In this document: positions 10,321-20,648 of the stretch, in pieces
How positions within the stretch are numbered: the first letter of the stretch is position 1
Layout: every line of letters starts with the position of its first letter
Assembly (NCBI GenBank): GCA_048938105.1
Contig: JBHLMN010000015.1
Location: forward strand, 64,001 to 128,000
From: Promethearchaeota archaeon
GTDB lineage: Archaea > Asgardarchaeota > Heimdallarchaeia > Hodarchaeales > Hodarchaeaceae
Length of the DNA stretch: 64,000 nucleotides
Direction of reading: 5' to 3'
Translations under genes and position numbers: made by a program
The notes under the pieces: model-generated
The model's database searches: none
What the model saw: the letters and a program-made list of their open reading frames with translations, nothing else
What the model was told of the DNA's origin: nothing

Positions 10321-10551
10321 GAAATTACCTCAGTTTTCGATCCTTGGAATAGTAACCGTCCCTATAAGAATATTAACTTTGATGGCTCTGAAATTTCCAA
10401 AGCATATTGGACAGCATGAAATCTTAAAAACATTCACTCCCCCTTTTTGCAAATATTTCTTTTTTCTTTTATTCTTAATTAGCGGGCCATTCTTTTATTC
10501 TTTATATTCATTATTCCCTTGATTTGAGATGATTTAGCAGCTTCAAACTGA

Positions 10552-11343
10552 TTATTCCGTCTTATTCCTAAGAAGATATACAGTGCCATTAGAAATTTTT
10601 ACTTTATCAGAGTCTGGAATTTCCAATATCAATTGGCCATATGGAGAAATGTCAACTGCTCTCCCCTGATACTTACACTCTGGTCCCTGAACAATAATAT
10701 CCATTCCAAGGATATTATCCTTTTGTTTCCATTCATTACAGATGGGTTGGGCACCGTAAATATTTAAGGTTTCAAAAGAATTCTCAATTTGAAAAATGAT
10801 TCTCTGTAATAATAATTCTAGGTCAAGTTCGTATTTAATCTCTTCGTAGATGGTTGTAATATGATCTTGAAGTGCTGAAGAGTATTGACCTAATGTATTA
10901 TTAATATTTAGACCGATCCCAATGATTAAATAGTCTAAAAAATATTGTGAAACCTTACTTTCTGCTAGAATTCCTCCAATTTTCCTTAGATTGTGCCTAA
11001 TCAAAATATCATTAGGCCATTTTAACATAGTTTTGATGTTAAAGGTCTCTAAAGCATTCGAGATAGCTACAGCTGAGAGAATTGGAACTAGTCTTAATAG
11101 TGTTAAATCAATTTTAGGTTGAATGGCTATCGAACACCACAATCCTCCCTTTGGTGACTCCCAAACTCTCTCATTTTGTCCTTTACCAGCTGTCTGTGTT
11201 ACTGCGACAATCACAAATCCAATATCATTTTTGTTTTCAATAAGTTTCCTTGCTAGATAGTTGGTTGAACCTACTTCGTCATAACTGTAGATTTTTGGGC
11301 ATAATTTAGATTTTAGCATTATTTTTTTTGTAAAATCAGGCAT
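10552..11343 (-). CDS. birA: Biotin-protein ligase
   Basis: STN, QTAGKG, WESPKGG, KWPND, KIGGIL. Confidence 0.93.
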   Translation of the reverse strand: MPDFTKKIMLKSKLCPKIYSYDEVGSTNYLARKLIENKNDIGFVIVAVTQTAGKGQNERVWESPKGGLWCSIAIQPKIDLTLLRLVPILSAVAISNALETFNIKTMLKWPNDILIRHNLRKIGGILAESKVSQYFLDYLIIGIGLNINNTLGQYSSALQDHITTIYEEIKYELDLELLLQRIIFQIENSFETLNIYGAQPICNEWKQKDNILGMDIIVQGPECKYQGRAVDISPYGQLILEIPDSDKVKISNGTVYLLRNKTE

Positions 11344-11651
11344 TATACATACCTATTCCAGGCCAAGATGTTCAAGATTAAATATATTGACTATGGATCT
11401 AAATTATTTACTTTTCGACACTTTCTTTATTCTGAAGGCTAATGATGATTCATCATAAAATACTATAGATTGGTAAGAATGGACATCTATGAATTTTTTA
11501 ATAATGAATCTATTCCTAAAAGAGCTAGTAAGAGTTTCCGTGATCAATCTGTAATAATTGGCTGAGATTAAATAAACAATAAACTGAAATTTCGGTATGA
11601 ATAATGGATGATTTCCTAGACCAAGTTTCGTGTTAATTATTTAAAAAAGAT

Positions 11652-12107
11652 TCATTTTATGAAAATAGTTTTGGCTTTATATACCATAACAGTAAATAAT
11701 CCGTCTAATGTCAATGCTAGCGCCATTGCAGAAAAATATCTCTGAGTTGGATCCAAATCAGCGAATTCTGGAGGGAAAAACGGTTCGAGGAGGAAAAAAA
11801 GGAAAAATCCAAAAATAAAAATAAAAATTAGAGAAAGAGAGGACGTAGTTACACTTTTTAGGTTGGGGACAGTTGTATCATCCCAATCCTCTGCTAGTGA
11901 ACAAGAAATTGTAGCTAGAATGATAGTTGTTCCTAGAGTGGTTCCAATCATGGCAATAGAATATTTTTCAATATCTAAATAGAGTAAAGCAAAAGTGAAA
12001 AATACAGGGGGTAATTGAGCTAAAAATCCCAAACCTAGGGCAACAGCAATCAAACCCAATCCCTCTAATCGTGACCAAGAGAATTGAACAACCGTTACCA
12101 TGGGCAA
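11652..12107 (-). CDS. Hypothetical membrane protein (about 4 TM)
   Basis: Four hydrophobic segments; downstream of the PDCD5-family gene. Confidence 0.55.
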   Translation of the reverse strand: MPMVTVVQFSWSRLEGLGLIAVALGLGFLAQLPPVFFTFALLYLDIEKYSIAMIGTTLGTTIILATISCSLAEDWDDTTVPNLKSVTTSSLSLIFIFIFGFFLFFLLEPFFPPEFADLDPTQRYFSAMALALTLDGLFTVMVYKAKTIFIK

Positions 12108-12118
12108 TAACCTTGAAA

Positions 12119-12460
12119 TTATCTGCGTTTGAAAGTGATTTTGCTTTCTCGTTTTGTTTTGGTTAATTGTTGTAAGAGTTGTTTTAATTGAGTATCAGTA
12201 ATTTTGTCAGAGACCCTTCTTGTTTGAGCAAGTTGAATTAATTGGTTTTCTAATGTTATTGCGTAATCTGGTTTCGCTAACTTGATATTAGCAAGTCTTT
12301 CTCGGGCTTCATTGGTTAATATTCCTTTTAAAATTGCTTGACGCTGATTTTCAATTTGTCGTTGTTGCTCCTCCGCCTGTTGTTGTACCAGTTGTTCATT
12401 CTTTAGTTGCGCAAGGCGTCTTTTCCGAAGTGCTTCCAATTCAGGATCTTCTTCAGCCAT
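12119..12460 (-). CDS. PDCD5-family dsDNA-binding protein
   Basis: ELEALRKRRLAQL, LTNEARERL, ENQLIQLA; conserved position next to S19e. Confidence 0.93.
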   Translation of the reverse strand: MAEEDPELEALRKRRLAQLKNEQLVQQQAEEQQRQIENQRQAILKGILTNEARERLANIKLAKPDYAITLENQLIQLAQTRRVSDKITDTQLKQLLQQLTKTKRESKITFKRR

Positions 12461-12627
12461 TGATTTTTAGCCTCTTCTAGGGACTATTAAATTCTCCCAT
12501 TATCCACTTACTTCAGATTACAGCATTTCTTTTGGACATTTATTATTTTCTCTGATTGTGAATTATTAAGATTTTCTAACATCTTTATATTTTAAAGGAA
12601 ATCGAATTGATTAGCTTTATTCTCAAA

Positions 12628-13074
12628 CTAATATTTTGAAAGTTCAGGAAGTTGTTGTTTAACCTTATGAGCCATACTATCGACAAAACTTCGGCCAGCT
12701 GGAGTAACAATCCTTCCCTCTCCCGTAACTAATTTAACATACCCTCCTTTTTCTAACTGATGAATCGCATGTCGAATAATGGCACCAGATCCTCTAGCTG
12801 TCCTTTCTGGCTTACCTCCTCTATTCCGTCTTCCCCCATACATTTTTCTTATGTGCATCACTCCCACAGGCCCATTTAGGTAGATTTTTCTCAAAACTGA
12901 AGCAACACGGACAAACCACCAATCTTTTCTTTGTTCTGGTGCATTTTCTCGTGTAACACTGAGTTTAACGAAATCAGCCCATTTAGGTGGTTGAAAGATC
13001 TTATTATTCGACTTTAGTTCCTCGGAGATTGCTTCTATCAGCAATTCACTGGGAACCATTTGTGCAGTAACCAT
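12628..13074 (-). CDS. rps19e: 30S ribosomal protein S19e
   Basis: PKWADFVK, WWFVRVAS-LRKIY, GSGAIIR. Confidence 0.96.
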   Translation of the reverse strand: MVTAQMVPSELLIEAISEELKSNNKIFQPPKWADFVKLSVTRENAPEQRKDWWFVRVASVLRKIYLNGPVGVMHIRKMYGGRRNRGGKPERTARGSGAIIRHAIHQLEKGGYVKLVTGEGRIVTPAGRSFVDSMAHKVKQQLPELSKY

Positions 13075-13323
13075 ATTTTTTTCTCCAACTGGTTTTCTTT
13101 GGATAGTTTTGATCTAATAAGTATATATTTGCCTTAATTCCTTTTTTAAATCAACTAGAGATGAATTCGTTGTTATTTTTAGTTGTTGTTATTTAGAGTT
13201 GTCTACAATTCTTACAAAGAAAAGACACAAAAGATAATATCTTTTTACCTCTTTTTTGAAAATTCAACCTCCAACTGGAGTATCTCGATCAATAAGATTT
13301 ATTAAAACGTCGAGGAAGATACT

Positions 13324-14511
13324 GTGTACGTAAGATCCAAAGATATTCTCCTTTACGCAATAATATGTATCATACTTAGTTTTAATAATGTACTTATAGT
13401 GGGAGCTAATGATTCAGCCATAGAAGATCCAATTATCGTCTTATTTGATGAAGGGCATGGGCAATTCTTCAATCACTCAATATATAATCAAGCAATTTCA
13501 GATTTAATTGTCAACAAATCAATGAGGGTGGTTTTTATTAGAGGAGAAATCAACAATACTAGTCTTGAAGGGGTTGATATATTCGTTTCTACAAATCCAC
13601 AAGAACATTATTTAGAAGCAGAACAACATTATATTAACAGGTTCATTACTCAAGGAAAGGCAATGATGCTGTTGACAAACCCATTGGATGAAGATAATAA
13701 AACTTTAAATGGTCGAGGAGACATCTTTAATGATCTTTTAGAATCTCTTGAGTTTGGATGGCAAATGGGAAAATTTTGGGCTCGTACTGCCTATGTTGAA
13801 GATTACATACCGACTGATGTCGTTTATAATGAATTTTCTAATGTGGGGATTTCTAAGTACTTACTCATCAAACTGAATAGTTCCGATCATAGAATTTTGT
13901 CAATTGGCAAAAATGTTACTTCTATTGTTACTTATTCAAGTTCTATAGAAGAAGCCGATACGGAAGTCGTTGTAGCTCCTCCCGAGGCCATTGCTAAGAC
14001 CACCTCAGGTGAAATTAGTTCTGGTTCTTCAGATATAGTGTTATTCGGAGCCTCTGGGGAAGAAATAGAAATTGATGCTCGAATTTTGCTGGGAGGGTCT
14101 AGTATCATGTTCAGTGATTTAACTCCGGAAGGAAAGCCTTTCGGAAATTCATCTTGGTATAACAGCGAAAACAATTCACTCCTTTGGTTAAATATTTTTG
14201 ATTGGTTAGCTGAAGCGGGTCCAGAGACTCCTTCTCCCTCAGTTATATCAGATCAAGACTTATTCCTTATAATAATGCTGTTAGTTACTGTAGCAATTAT
14301 CTTCTTACTAGGTGGAAGCTTATCTTTTTTAATTGGATCTGGACAAAAAATATTGATTGTGAAATCAGGAGAAGAAGTGGTAGCTGCACCAGAGCTCGGT
14401 GATAAAGCTATAGAACCAACATCTGTTCCAACTATGTCTTCTTCTAAGGAATCACGACGTGATAGAAGATTAAAACAAATCAAGAAACATCATCGTCGAA
14501 GGAAAAAATAG
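13324..14511 (+). CDS. Membrane-anchored extracellular protein with GldG/IFT52 (GIFT/DUF4350)-like domain
   Basis: Signal peptide, VLFDEGHGQ motif, GSSIMFSD...N..LWLNIFDWL, C-terminal TM and polybasic tail. Confidence 0.6.
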   Translation: MYVRSKDILLYAIICIILSFNNVLIVGANDSAIEDPIIVLFDEGHGQFFNHSIYNQAISDLIVNKSMRVVFIRGEINNTSLEGVDIFVSTNPQEHYLEAEQHYINRFITQGKAMMLLTNPLDEDNKTLNGRGDIFNDLLESLEFGWQMGKFWARTAYVEDYIPTDVVYNEFSNVGISKYLLIKLNSSDHRILSIGKNVTSIVTYSSSIEEADTEVVVAPPEAIAKTTSGEISSGSSDIVLFGASGEEIEIDARILLGGSSIMFSDLTPEGKPFGNSSWYNSENNSLLWLNIFDWLAEAGPETPSPSVISDQDLFLIIMLLVTVAIIFLLGGSLSFLIGSGQKILIVKSGEEVVAAPELGDKAIEPTSVPTMSSSKESRRDRRLKQIKKHHRRRKK

Positions 14512-14523
14512 GAGTAACACCTG

Positions 14524-14805
14524 TTGGGTCGAAAAAGAAAAAGAATAGTTCGAACCAAACCAATTCCAACACTACCAACTGTATTTGATTGCCCTATATG
14601 CGGAACTGGAAAGTCAGTTCACATTGAGGTTGATAGAAAAATTAGAACAGCGGTAATTCGATGTGGAAAGTGTAAAGTTCAAGCAGCTCGACCGATACGT
14701 CCTATTGAAGAACGTGTTGACGTATTTGGTGATTGGCTAGATGAGTTATTAATGGAACAGGATGACTCTAATGATTTTACTGACTCCGAAAATGCTGAAA
14801 AATAA
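14524..14805 (+). CDS. elf1: Transcription elongation factor Elf1
   Basis: MGRKRK...LPTVFDCPICG...CGKC...VDVFGDWLD. Confidence 0.9.
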   Translation: MGRKRKRIVRTKPIPTLPTVFDCPICGTGKSVHIEVDRKIRTAVIRCGKCKVQAARPIRPIEERVDVFGDWLDELLMEQDDSNDFTDSENAEK

Positions 14806-14823
14806 GCAAGTACATAAGTTTTA

Positions 14824-15414
14824 ATGATGCCTTTAATCCATCTAATACCTATTTCGGGCAGACCAAATGCAGGTAAAACCTCCTTAGTAAATTATCTAAG
14901 TCAGGCAAGAAGGCCGGTTGGAAAACACGCTGGGACAACTCTACGAATAGCATCAGTTCCGCTAGTTAAGAATTTATTTCTAATAGATCTTCCAGGATTT
15001 GGAAGGATAGTAAAACGGTCTAAGGATTTTGAAGACCAAATTAAAGATGAAATAATCCTTTTTTTGGAGGATCCCTCAAATCAGCTACTGTTTGCTATCC
15101 ATATTATTGATATATCTACTTTCCATCACATGGTAGCAAGCTTAGAGAAAAAAAGTATCATCCCTTTAGATATTGAAATGATTCGATTTATGAGAGAAAG
15201 AACAAATCTCCCTCCAATAATAGTTCTAAACAAAATTGATAAAATAAGGAATACAATGGTAGATCAAAATTTAAGATTACTAAAGTCATACGATCTTCCT
15301 GAGTTTGAAATTTTCCTTTTATCACTAAAAACTAAGAAAGGATGCCGTACATTGCGAAATAGAGTTAAAAAATTGGTAGTTCAGGAACTGGGGTCAAGTT
15401 ACCAGCATTGGTAA
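14824..15414 (+). CDS. engB: EngB/YihA-family GTPase
   Basis: GRPNAGKTS, DLPGFG, NKID. Confidence 0.85.
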   Translation: MMPLIHLIPISGRPNAGKTSLVNYLSQARRPVGKHAGTTLRIASVPLVKNLFLIDLPGFGRIVKRSKDFEDQIKDEIILFLEDPSNQLLFAIHIIDISTFHHMVASLEKKSIIPLDIEMIRFMRERTNLPPIIVLNKIDKIRNTMVDQNLRLLKSYDLPEFEIFLLSLKTKKGCRTLRNRVKKLVVQELGSSYQHW

Positions 15415-15537
15415 TAATTTTTATGAATATAAAAGAGAATTATATCAATCATTGGATGAAAATAATTGAAAATAATTTTTCAACATTAGGAAAGCTGATT
15501 TAAATTTATGTTGAGGTGAAATTCAATAATAAAATGA

Positions 15538-17706
15538 ATGTCTTTTCATTATAACAAAAATGAGGAGCTTAATTTGAGCAATATAGAAGAATTAATACAA
15601 AAAATTTCTCAAAAAACGGGACTTTCCAGAGCCGAAATAAAGAAGCAAATTGAAGAAAAACAAAAAGAATTAGGATTCTTTGTAAATGACATTGCTGCTG
15701 CTCACATTATTGCTAAAGATCTAAATGTCTCGCTTGGGCGTCCTGAGTTAAAAAAAAGGCCTAAACTTACAATTAAAAGCCTTAAAAAGATGGAACCAGG
15801 TTTATCAGGGGTAAGCCTTACCGCAATAATATTACGAATTTATCATCCTATTGAATTCGTTAGAGAGGGTACTAAAGGAATTTTGGCTCCTATTCTGTTA
15901 CATGATGGAACCGATAGTATTCGTACTGTTCTCTGGGGAGCAATGGCTCGTCGTATTACAGGAAAACAAATTGAAAGAGGCTCCATCATTAATATTAAAC
16001 AAGGATACACGAAGTTAGGGAGGAACCAAGAATTAGAGCTTCACATAGGAGACCGGAGCTTGCTAGAATTGGAAACTGAGACAAAAATTGAAAATCTTCC
16101 CAATCCTGACGATGAAATCTTAAGCTTAGACTCTCTAGATGAGGAAATACTGGAGATTGATGTCAAAGCTACAATCAATAAGGTAGGAAAACTTGTTACT
16201 TTTAATCGCTCAGATGGAACCGAGGGTCGTGTATCAAACTTGTTTCTCAAAGGTGAAAGGGTAACACGCCGTATGGTACTTTGGAATGATCGTGCAGAAG
16301 AAGCATTTAATTTTACACGGGGAGATGTAATCTTAGTCCAAGCTGCAAATGTTAAATTAGATCGAGATGGGAGACCTGAAATTCATACAACACGAGCGAC
16401 TTATATCACCAAAATAGACCATGTAACATTACCAGACATTGACGAAGTAGTTGTTCCAGAAAGAGTTGAAACTGAAGCAATAGAAAAAAAACTGGCTGAA
16501 ATAGAACCAGTTGATGGATTTGTTACAGTTGAAGCTCGAAAGGGTCCTGTATCTAAAACAAGTAACTTTACCAGAAATGATGGTTCAACTGGTTCTGTGA
16601 AAAGAGCAGCAATATTTGATGAAACAGGTGTGTCAACATTGGTACTTTGGAATGATGCACTTCCAAGGTTCGATGATTTAGGGGATGAAGCTTTCCAGAT
16701 AAAGAAATTACGGGTCAATATATCAAGATATAAGACAATAGAACTTCACACAATAACTGAAACCGAATTTATTCCATTTGATGCTTCACAAATTCCTGAA
16801 GATCCCCCACTTCAAAATATTGTAGAGATAAAACCCCAACAAGGTTTAGCGTGTGTTCAAGGAATCATTCAAAACGTTTCAGAAGAGAGGGAGTTCGGTC
16901 GTTCGGATGGGAGCACTGGACGAGTTGCTTCAATGTCAATACAAGATAATACTGGATCAATTCGAGTGGTTGCATGGGATGATAATATTGAACACTTAAC
17001 TTCGATTCAAGAAAACGAGATGAAATTTGTTAAGATATTTTTTGGCAGGATTCGGCAAAAAGACGCTGATACAATAGAAATTCATCTTTCACCTCAAAGT
17101 CATGTTCGTCCATCTTCACGAATACCTGTTGCTTTAAGGAATATAGAAATCGTTGAAGAAGTACAAACGACCACTCAATCACTACCTGAATATCAAAAGA
17201 TTCAACTATCGGAATTATTAGAGAATGAAGACGGAGTTATGATAGAAGTCCTAGGAAAAGTAGTCAGGCTTTATCAGCAGAGTCCTTATTATCGTTCCTG
17301 CCCTGAATGTCGTAAAAAAGTAACAGAAACAGACGAGGGATGGTTCTGTCAGGAACATCAAATCGTGGAGTCGCAAATACGATTTAGACTTTCTGGAACA
17401 CTAGATGATGGGACTAGCACAATAAGAACAGTATTTTTCGGGTTATCGGGAGAAATTCTTACAGGAATGGGAAGCAATGATATTCAGAAGCTCTTAGATA
17501 GTGGTTTGTCTGATGATGAAATATTTACGATTGTACAACAAGAAGTTGAAGGCAAAACTGTTCTTATTCAAGGACGAGTTCAATTGCAAACTCAAGAGGT
17601 GCAAGGAGAAACAATTCAGCGCCAAGAACTGTTCGCTAATCGGGTTAGATTTCCTTCACCCAAAACAATTGCAGAAGAATTAGTAAACGAACTTCAAGAA
17701 GTTTAA
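15538..17706 (+). CDS. rpa: Replication protein A, large multi-OB-fold subunit with C-terminal zinc finger
   Basis: Repeated F-R-DG--G-V...D-TG---LW OB folds; CPECRKK...CQEH zinc finger. Confidence 0.92.
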   Translation: MSFHYNKNEELNLSNIEELIQKISQKTGLSRAEIKKQIEEKQKELGFFVNDIAAAHIIAKDLNVSLGRPELKKRPKLTIKSLKKMEPGLSGVSLTAIILRIYHPIEFVREGTKGILAPILLHDGTDSIRTVLWGAMARRITGKQIERGSIINIKQGYTKLGRNQELELHIGDRSLLELETETKIENLPNPDDEILSLDSLDEEILEIDVKATINKVGKLVTFNRSDGTEGRVSNLFLKGERVTRRMVLWNDRAEEAFNFTRGDVILVQAANVKLDRDGRPEIHTTRATYITKIDHVTLPDIDEVVVPERVETEAIEKKLAEIEPVDGFVTVEARKGPVSKTSNFTRNDGSTGSVKRAAIFDETGVSTLVLWNDALPRFDDLGDEAFQIKKLRVNISRYKTIELHTITETEFIPFDASQIPEDPPLQNIVEIKPQQGLACVQGIIQNVSEEREFGRSDGSTGRVASMSIQDNTGSIRVVAWDDNIEHLTSIQENEMKFVKIFFGRIRQKDADTIEIHLSPQSHVRPSSRIPVALRNIEIVEEVQTTTQSLPEYQKIQLSELLENEDGVMIEVLGKVVRLYQQSPYYRSCPECRKKVTETDEGWFCQEHQIVESQIRFRLSGTLDDGTSTIRTVFFGLSGEILTGMGSNDIQKLLDSGLSDDEIFTIVQQEVEGKTVLIQGRVQLQTQEVQGETIQRQELFANRVRFPSPKTIAEELVNELQEV

Positions 17707-17857
17707 CTAGATTAATTCAATGTTGAACAAGGTATAATTCAAGAAATTTTCTTAGAGAGAATGGAACCTATCTAGTACTTACTTAATTTTTCATCGTGCT
17801 ATTCATATTGACTTCGAGGTAACAATACCAGTTATTAGAGAAAAGAATTACTTAAAA

Positions 17858-17964
17858 TAGGGATGGTGGGATTTGAACCCACGACCACCTGATCCCAAAT
17901 CAGGAATCATCTAGTCACCGTATTTGCCAGAAATATGGCGATAACCATGCTAGACCACATCCCT
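17858..17964 (-). tRNA. tRNA-Pro(UGG) with 32-nt intron at non-canonical D-arm position 21/22 (17910-17941)
   Basis: AGGGATG/CATCCCT acceptor, CCTGA-TTTGGGA-TCAGG anticodon arm; TGGT/ACTA central helix with 3-nt bulges; removal gives 75 nt. Confidence 0.9.
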
Positions 17965-18100
17965 GGGCCGATCTCTATCTATTATTTTCACTATAAAGGT
18001 ATATTTCTCTTAGAAATATAACCTTTTTTTCACTCTGGTCTGTCCAACTCTCTCAAGATTTCTTGTTATTTTAGATTTTTCTTTGAAATCTAATTCAGGA

Positions 18101-19279
18101 TTAAGGTTTTAATGATTTAATGACTGAACATAATTCAGCTTCGTTGGCATCAGTTTTAAGACTGGATCCCGAAAAATGGGTTTTATAACATTTATAACCT
18201 CTTTCTTTCAAGATTTTCATAATCTGTGTTATCGAGGGAACCGTAACCCTAACTTCTTTAGCTAATTTTGGTATATCAAATGACCAAGGAATATCTAATG
18301 ATGACTCATCTATCATCAAGGGTAATATTTTGACTAATCTTTTTCTAGTCCCCATTTTTTGCAGGTGTTCATCAAGAAGTATTGAAGATAAGTATTCTGA
18401 ATTGTGTATTCTGCCTAGATATATAGGTCCTATTTTCATTTCATCAGGTTCACCACAAGCAGGACAACTGGTTCTTTTCTCCCCTAAAAGGCTGGTGTAT
18501 CTAGCCTGACATCTTTTACAGAGATGAATGAATCCTGTTTGATTAATGACAGTGTCAACACCTCTATTACGAACTAGAAAACATCTCATAAAATGTCTAT
18601 GGTAAAGAGTTGCAATAGGTATAAGGGATTGACTTAGGGTTAATCCTATATGCTGAATGCCCGTTATTAAGGCCCGAGCAGCTATCTCATGAACATTCCC
18701 AATACGAATATCAAAATGGCTAAGACCATATTTTGCATAAAGAGCTTTAGGGTATAATCCAACGAGGCTAGCGAGATCTGTTGCTGTAAAAGCAAGAAGA
18801 CCTTCAAGAGTAACCAACCTAATGCTGTATTGAACGAAAGGAATAGGTGTCCCGAAAGGATCAATATCTATAAAATCAAAAACAAAATTTTCTACATTGA
18901 GTTTCTGAAGGAAGGAGTTACAATCCATGTTGAAGAGCTGAACTCTTTTTGCAGTTGGACTTGGAAGGCGATTAATATTTTTTTGGGCAATATGAACAGC
19001 TTTGGAGTTTATATCATTACAATAAAGACTAGAAGTTGGTGTTTCCAGCGCATAACGAGCACTACGTATCCCTGAACCGCATAAAGGTTCACAGACTCTC
19101 AGATCATTCTTTGAATTGATATCTCCATAAGCACGTAATAGTAAAACGGAAAAATCACGATTTATTTCCTGATGAAAATTGAAGAACACTTCATTAGATC
19201 GCCTAGGGATTTGATCATTTATGAGTGATTCTGGAACAAGAAAAGTTCCTACGCCTTCTTGGATTTCAACAAGTTTCAT
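18101..19279 (-). CDS. trm1: tRNA (guanine-26-N2)-dimethyltransferase
   Basis: VFFN, NRD, GSGIRS-RY, DIDPFGTP, TATD, THF. Confidence 0.93.
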   Translation of the reverse strand: MKLVEIQEGVGTFLVPESLINDQIPRRSNEVFFNFHQEINRDFSVLLLRAYGDINSKNDLRVCEPLCGSGIRSARYALETPTSSLYCNDINSKAVHIAQKNINRLPSPTAKRVQLFNMDCNSFLQKLNVENFVFDFIDIDPFGTPIPFVQYSIRLVTLEGLLAFTATDLASLVGLYPKALYAKYGLSHFDIRIGNVHEIAARALITGIQHIGLTLSQSLIPIATLYHRHFMRCFLVRNRGVDTVINQTGFIHLCKRCQARYTSLLGEKRTSCPACGEPDEMKIGPIYLGRIHNSEYLSSILLDEHLQKMGTRKRLVKILPLMIDESSLDIPWSFDIPKLAKEVRVTVPSITQIMKILKERGYKCYKTHFSGSSLKTDANEAELCSVIKSLKP

Positions 19280-19301
19280 AAACTAGCCTACCAACGACTT
19301 A

Positions 19302-19952
19302 CTAGTCTTCAACGAGATGATTACGATTATATCGTTCTGCCCCCTTATTCTTATTGTTTATTGCAATGATATATATTTCTGCACTCTGTTTACGAGATGT
19401 TGGGGGTTTGTAAGTCTTAACATTCTGATAGGATGCTTTGATTTTCTCTAAAAGCTCCTCTAAATATTCTCCTTGGAAAACCTTGGTTAAGAATTTTTCA
19501 GCCAGAAAATAGTTTGATATTCCTAAAGCTACTTCTGCCAACCATATTTGCCGTGCATGATCGGTTACCCAGTGTCCTGAGACATTCGGAGAACAATCAG
19601 CTAATACAATAATTTCATTGGTATCTGCTTCATGTTTTTCAAGATTTTTTTGTAATTGAAGAATTGTATTTAATTCTGTGATATCTCCCTTAATGATTTC
19701 AGTAATATTCGGAATTGATTTGATACGAGCAATGTCCACCAAAAAGATTTGCGATTTTCCTCTTGATCTGTCTCGTGCTATTTGGGAGAATCCTCCAGGA
19801 GCCCCACACAAATCAATAACAGTCTGGTTACTGTGAAATAATTTGAATTTCTTATCAATCTGAAGGAGTTTATAGGCAGCCCGGCTTCTGTAACCTTCAG
19901 ATTTAGCTTTTTTAGTGTATTTGTCACGTTTTTTTGGCAGTATAAACACCAT
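19302..19952 (-). CDS. rlmE: 23S rRNA Um2552 methyltransferase RlmE/FtsJ
   Basis: GYRSRAAYKL, DLCGAPGG, KVFQG, KP--SR--SAEIY. Confidence 0.93.
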   Translation of the reverse strand: MVFILPKKRDKYTKKAKSEGYRSRAAYKLLQIDKKFKLFHSNQTVIDLCGAPGGFSQIARDRSRGKSQIFLVDIARIKSIPNITEIIKGDITELNTILQLQKNLEKHEADTNEIIVLADCSPNVSGHWVTDHARQIWLAEVALGISNYFLAEKFLTKVFQGEYLEELLEKIKASYQNVKTYKPPTSRKQSAEIYIIAINNKNKGAERYNRNHLVED

Positions 19953-19988
19953 TTTTTCATTAATGGTGATTCTAACTAAGAAATCATG

Positions 19989-20405
19989 TTATTTTCTTCG
20001 TTTTGGACGAAATTTCTTAGGTTTTCCTTTATCTTCCACTTTCTTTCGAGGAGTATATTTGACACTCTTCCGTTTTTTTGCCTCTTTTGCTAATTCTTTC
20101 TTTTGTTTTTCTAAAGCTGGACGGATGTAGGTCTTTATTTCTTTACTAAGTTCTTTCAGCGTGTGTAATTTTGAGTTTTTTTTCTCAATTAGAATGAGGC
20201 CCTTTCTTTCCCACCATTGACGGGGATAAGCAGCATATTTCTGGACTTCGTAATTATATTCTAATTTTTCTGCTGCTAATCGTATTTCTGTGATCGTAGG
20301 ATTCTCAACCGCAAGGTCTAGAGATAATCGGCGCCCTTCCTTCCGTGTGAGTGATTTGTCAAGATATTCTGGAAATATAAAATAATGTGTATTGTCTCGT
20401 CTCAA
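19989..20405 (-). CDS. srp19: Signal recognition particle 19 kDa protein with basic C-terminal tail
   Basis: IFPEYLD--LTRKEGRR, YPRQWW. Confidence 0.92.
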   Translation of the reverse strand: MRRDNTHYFIFPEYLDKSLTRKEGRRLSLDLAVENPTITEIRLAAEKLEYNYEVQKYAAYPRQWWERKGLILIEKKNSKLHTLKELSKEIKTYIRPALEKQKKELAKEAKKRKSVKYTPRKKVEDKGKPKKFRPKRRK

Positions 20406-20648
20406 TGATGATTCAATCTCCGTTTTATCAAAGGAACTTCTGATTTTATCAAGTTAGCTTAACTGAGTAAGAAATTATATTTTTTACGATTGCTAGTTGG
20501 AAAAGAAAAAAATATAGATCGCATTGTAATTTAACAGATATAGTAATATCGCAGTCCTTCATTAATTTACAATAGACTAGCTGCTCTATAACACCTTTGT
20601 CAACATCTTCTGTATTGATCTTCAAAACAAAGATGAAATAAATGTAAT

